Source: Eutreptiella sp. 'Long Island Sound 2002'
Taxonomy: Eukaryota > Protista > Euglenida
NCBI GenBank assembly: GCA_964036045.1
Contig: OZ038379.1
Location: 30,132,001-30,196,000 of the forward strand
Direction of reading: 5' to 3'
DNA length: 64,000 nt
In this document: one piece after another, positions 60,660 to 64,000 of the stretch
Position numbering within the stretch: the first letter of the stretch is position 1
How the letters are laid out: each line of letters begins with the position of its first letter
Notes under the pieces: model-generated
Told to the model about the DNA's origin: nothing
The model's database searches: none
The model's input: only the letters and a program-made list of their open reading frames with translations
Made by a program: the position numbers and the translations under genes

Positions 60660-60769
60660 CTGAAAATGTGTTTTCCAAATGTGGTGGACTTTTCTTCGAA
60701 CGAACCTTTGAATGTTCGAACGAAGATATTTTTTGAAGAAAAAGACGCGGCTTTTACAAATGCACATAC
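60660..60769 (-). other. Predicted GT-AG intron containing a TTCGAA cluster
   Basis: CCT|GTATGT donor, CACATTTTCAG|G acceptor (alternative AG at 60641). The upstream frame is the continuation of ORF 60833-61645 past one TGA. Confidence 0.45.
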
Positions 60770-60832
60770 AGGCAACAACAGAACCGCAGAACCACCAATG
60801 TCCCTGTCCAATGTAGCTTTCTGAGTCCTGGC

Positions 60833-61692
60833 TCACGACTCACTGCCTGACACTAGTACTACAACCTCGTCTTTCTTTTCCGTATCCTCTTTGTCTCCCT
60901 CTCCGGCATCTTCTTCTTCTTGCTTGCCACCACTCTTCGTTGGCGTCTTCCTCTTCTTCTTTGGCCTCTTTGCCTTCACTTTCTTCTTGCTGGCACTTGG
61001 AGCTGGCACGCCACCGGTTGCCGACGCCACTGCCGCCGCGTTTTTGCACTCCTCCTCACTTGCGTAGCTTCGGGCCGCAACACAATACTCCCCCACAGAA
61101 TGCCACATGGCAGAGTTGTACTCTGCAGGGACCCAATAGATTGTACCGGCACGGCCCAGTTTGGTCTTCTGCTGCAGGATGTCTCTGGGTATCTCCGTTC
61201 GCCAGGGGCGCCACTTCGAAATCGGCACTCCTCTCCACGCTCCCCACTGGTCCTCTTGTTGGAGGGTAAGCCATGCCCACGGCAGTGCCCCTCGGTGTGG
61301 AATCTGTGTCTCCTGAGTTTCGTCTACATCGTCATCATCTCGGGCAGGCGGCTCCTCCTCCTCATCTCCGGAAGGCGGCTCCTCCTCCTCATCTTCTTCC
61401 GTCTCTTCAAACTCCTCACTCTCCGAACTCTCACCCGGCAGCAGCTTTGCCTTTTTCTTCGGAGGTTCCTTAGCCGCTGGCTTCGTTCGTGGTCTCTTCT
61501 TCGGCTTCTTTGTCTTCTTGTAAGACGAGAGAATCTCGGCAAGGTTCTTTGCCCGTCGTCCGGACACAACGGGTTGTGGATCTTTGCCCGGCACACCAGC
61601 ACTGGTCGTCGACGCTTTTTTTTCGGTTGCCTCAGGGGAATGCAACGTGGAACCACCCTGGCTCAGGTTTGACCCACGTTGGCATCGACTTC
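60833..61692 (-). CDS. Accessory ORF with Lys-rich and acidic tracts and a Trp-rich core, function unknown
   Basis: About 270 aa open. Has KKPKKRPRTKP NLS-like tract, EEDEEEEPP acidic tract and PWAWLTLQQEDQWGAWRG core. Probably fused to the upstream exon by a single indel. Confidence 0.5.
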
Positions 61693-62065
61693 ACCTTTCT
61701 GCGACCTTCTTCATGGTTTTGGAGTGCTCCGAGGACCGTCAGTGCTCTCGCAGGCTTTGTTAGGAGGTCGTTGAGCAGGCTGCCCGCAGTCACGGTCGTC
61801 TCAATTCGTAGACTTGGTAGCTGAAGCTTCCACCTGACGCCAACGGCGCTGGTTTGCGTTGCTGCAACCTGTGGGCAGTGGAGCGGTAAAAGGCTTCGAA
61901 TACAATCTTCGTTCGAAGATTCGAATGTTCCAACGAACGTTTTTTCTTCGGACGAAGAATGTTTTTCGAAGAATAACGTACAGGTCGCATGCATGGTCCA
62001 AAGCGCTCAGCTACAAGGTCAATGCGGTACCTCCCATTCAGGAATGTCCCCTCCCATGTAGCCAT
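61632..62065 (-). CDS. Predicted two-exon accessory gene start (62065-61982 and 61868-61632)
   Basis: ATG at 62065. MATWEGTFLNGRYRIDLVAERFGPCMRP joins in frame to VAATQTSAVGVRWKLQLP via the 113-nt intron. Confidence 0.5.
61869..61981 (-). other. Predicted 113-nt GT-AG intron containing a TTCGAA cluster
   Basis: CCT|GTACGT donor, pyrimidine-rich CCTTTTACCGCTCCACTGCCCACAG|G acceptor. Removal fuses two otherwise separate open frames. Confidence 0.65.
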
Positions 62066-63083
62066 GCTGCACTCCTGCTGCGACTGCTGCCTGGAGCACC
62101 GTCTGCCACTTCGCCGGTGTTGTGCTTTGTACTTGTTGTACTCCCTCGGCTTGCTGCGCTCCTTCGTCCGTCCGGGCTGCCTCACCACCACCCCGCGCCT
62201 GAGCGGTGGGCTTGACGCCTTTCAAGCGGCCCGTTGATGTACATTTGCCCCACCCTGGGGGCTCTGAGGAGGGGAATCTGAGCATCACGGTACGGTCTTC
62301 ACGCCAGCTCTCCACTGCCCCGTAGCCCTGCCAAACAAGCGCAAGCAGACGTATTATCGGCGTTGGGGTGCCTTCTTTGTTCGGGACTGCGAAGGGGAAG
62401 GCGCGGGCGACCAGTGCACAAGGCAAGTCCCTCTCCACAGCCACATCTTTGCAATCGGCTGATGAACACTTTCCGAAACAGTGCCCATAGGTTGACAGTG
62501 GCGTAAGCCAAGCGTACTTCGGCTCCCCGAAAATGGGCGTATGCGGATTGGGTACGGATTTCCCTAGAATGAGGTCAAGGTAGGGGCGGGTGACTCCGGA
62601 TTCAACGATTACCTGGCGGCAAGTGTCGAACTTGGCGCTGACATCGAACACTTCGTTCACCACCACGTAATCCGGATCATATTCTTCTGAATCCTGAGAT
62701 CCAAAATCTAGCGGGTCATCCAAACGGCGAGAAGGGGATGGTGACGGCTCCAAATCCGCTGAACGCTGCGGCGCTGGGTGCTGAGCCAGTTGTGTACTAC
62801 TCTGGGAAGGTGTTCCTGGCGATGGTCGTGACGCTGGGGCAGAAGTTGGGTGCGCCTGAAGCAACTCCTGAGCACAGCGCGAAAGATTCGAAAAATATCT
62901 TCAAACGAAGTTTCGAATATTTGAACGAAGAAAAATCTTCGAACGAGAGTTCGTTCGAGGATTCGAAGATTGGAACGAAGACTAAATTCGAAGGACTACA
63001 ATGCATGCCTGCAGGGCTTGGAGAACAACACATACCGCCACCAGTCTTGCGACATCGGCCTTGTCTTCCTTTGTCAGCACCAT
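62019..63083 (-). CDS. Predicted two-exon accessory gene (63083-63036 and 62855-62019), function unknown
   Basis: ATG at 63083 overlaps the transposase stop. MVLTKEDKADVARLVA joins in phase 0 to AHPTSAPASRP... of the 281-aa ORF. Confidence 0.5.
62856..63035 (-). other. Predicted 180-nt GT-AG intron containing a TTCGAA cluster
   Basis: GCG|GTATGT donor and TTGCTTCAG|GCG acceptor, frame-compatible. Confidence 0.55.
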
Positions 63084-64000
63084 TGAGCGGCATCATCTAT
63101 TAAAGATTCCAACAATGCAGCGTTTGGGCAAGAGATCGGGCGCGTTGTACCTTGAGCTACAATATGGGAGTGCGTGTACAAGAAGGCATGCTCCATGGTT
63201 TGTAGTACAGCAGAGAGCTGGTAGTCATCTGTGGTGCTGCCCCCTCTGTTTGTGAACCGCAAGTAGAAATCCTTTAGCTTGGCATTCGTGGTTTCAGCCA
63301 AGTCATGGCAATACATCCCAAGCCCGTAAGGTGCTATCGCCTCTAGGATTCTGGGCACATCGAACTCCAAGATTATCAGATAATGAGAACAGGTATTGGG
63401 CCAACAGTGTGCGCGAAATTCCCAGGCCGCCTGCCGACAGTCCGCTGGGAGGTCAATATCGATGCGCTGATAGGTGCGATAGAGCCGTTGCATCACGTCC
63501 CGCAACCTCATGACAGCCTGGTTACCCAAGTGCTCGTCGGCCAACCCCAAAACATGAGCAATACTATCCCATATAAAAAGCAAAGGCTTCGTTTCTTGTC
63601 CATCAGGTCTACAAGTTCCACCTAGCTGCCAATCACACAGAGCAATCTTCAGCATGATATTGATAGCGTTGCGTGCTTCCCTGCTGGCGGACAAGCATAG
63701 CCTTTCCAAGTATTCCCCAAGCAAAGCACCAATTCGCATAAGCATATGAAGAACACAAATAATGGCATGGTGTCGTGGTACTTGAAGCAAAGGTTTCGAA
63801 GCGCAGCCACGAGCTCTCTTGCAGACAGGGGTCTTGCCAAGTCAGGACGCATTACCGGTGCGCGTTCTGCGCCGATGACAGCCTACGTACCGCCTCTTGA
63901 GAGGGTTCCAAAGGCCCAAGTTGTGAACTGACGGTATATACCAATGCTCAGTAAGTCCCAAAAACTTCTTCAAAAACGGTAAATCTCCGCCCAGCATAAC
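63074..64000 (-). pseudogene. RAG1/Transib/Chapaev-like DDE transposase, C-terminal catalytic half (one in-frame TGA at 63844-63842; 5-prime end outside the window)
   Basis: MLGGDLPFLKKFLGL resembles RAG1 GYDEKLVREVEGL (second catalytic Asp). IICVLHMLMRIG resembles SIDALHCDIGN. SHYLIILEFDVPRILEAIAPYGLGMYCHDLAETTNAKLKDFYLRFTNRG resembles [46 protein letters not shown] (catalytic Glu). Confidence 0.7.

Larger units (their letters stand above)
60471..64000 (-). mobile_element. Right part of a RAG1/Transib/Chapaev-like DNA transposon with accessory genes; runs off the window edge
   Basis: Transposase ORF followed head-to-tail by further minus-strand ORFs. A shared TTCGAA motif occurs in four clusters. 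A CAC-initiated putative terminus lies at 60471, within about 10 bp of where flanking repeat homology stops. Confidence 0.55.

Noticed and set aside
60485-62997. TTCGAA clusters as heat-shock elements or integron attC sites
   Set aside because: Spacing does not match nGAAn repeats or attC core sites, and no integrase is present. The intron/subterminal interpretation fits better.
1-64000. tRNA, rRNA or spliced-leader RNA genes
   Set aside because: None recognised by eye. A covariance-model scan would be needed to exclude them.

Overview
Repeat-dense eukaryotic nuclear DNA, most likely from a photosynthetic euglenid. This is inferred from a euglenid class I-type plastid presequence on the only clear host gene. 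That gene is a plastid-type ABCD half-transporter (26063-30364, +) with one well-supported GT-AG intron. The rest is nested, mostly decayed mobile DNA and tandem repeats: (1) two remnants of a hAT-like transposase with PHD-type and TTF-type zinc fingers; (2) a 1.8-kb non-autonomous TIR element with a perfect 8-bp TSD, plus a second copy whose internal 600-bp module is inverted; (3) several non-LTR retrotransposon pieces carrying RT and three different RNase H types; (4) a truncated Ty3/Gypsy element (minus strand) ordered gag - protease - dUTPase - candidate Dam-like methyltransferase - RT, interrupted by a MITE; (5) a Harbinger-like transposase fragment with an intron; (6) a RING-like ORF and a Ulp1/C48-like protease ORF linked by a 572-bp near-perfect direct repeat around about 4 kb of T-depleted satellite; (7) at the right edge, a RAG1/Transib/Chapaev-like transposase followed by accessory ORFs. 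In (7) the three predicted introns share a TTCGAA-palindrome motif with the putative element end, and that end is RSS-like. All protein family calls are by-eye motif recognition, not database searches.
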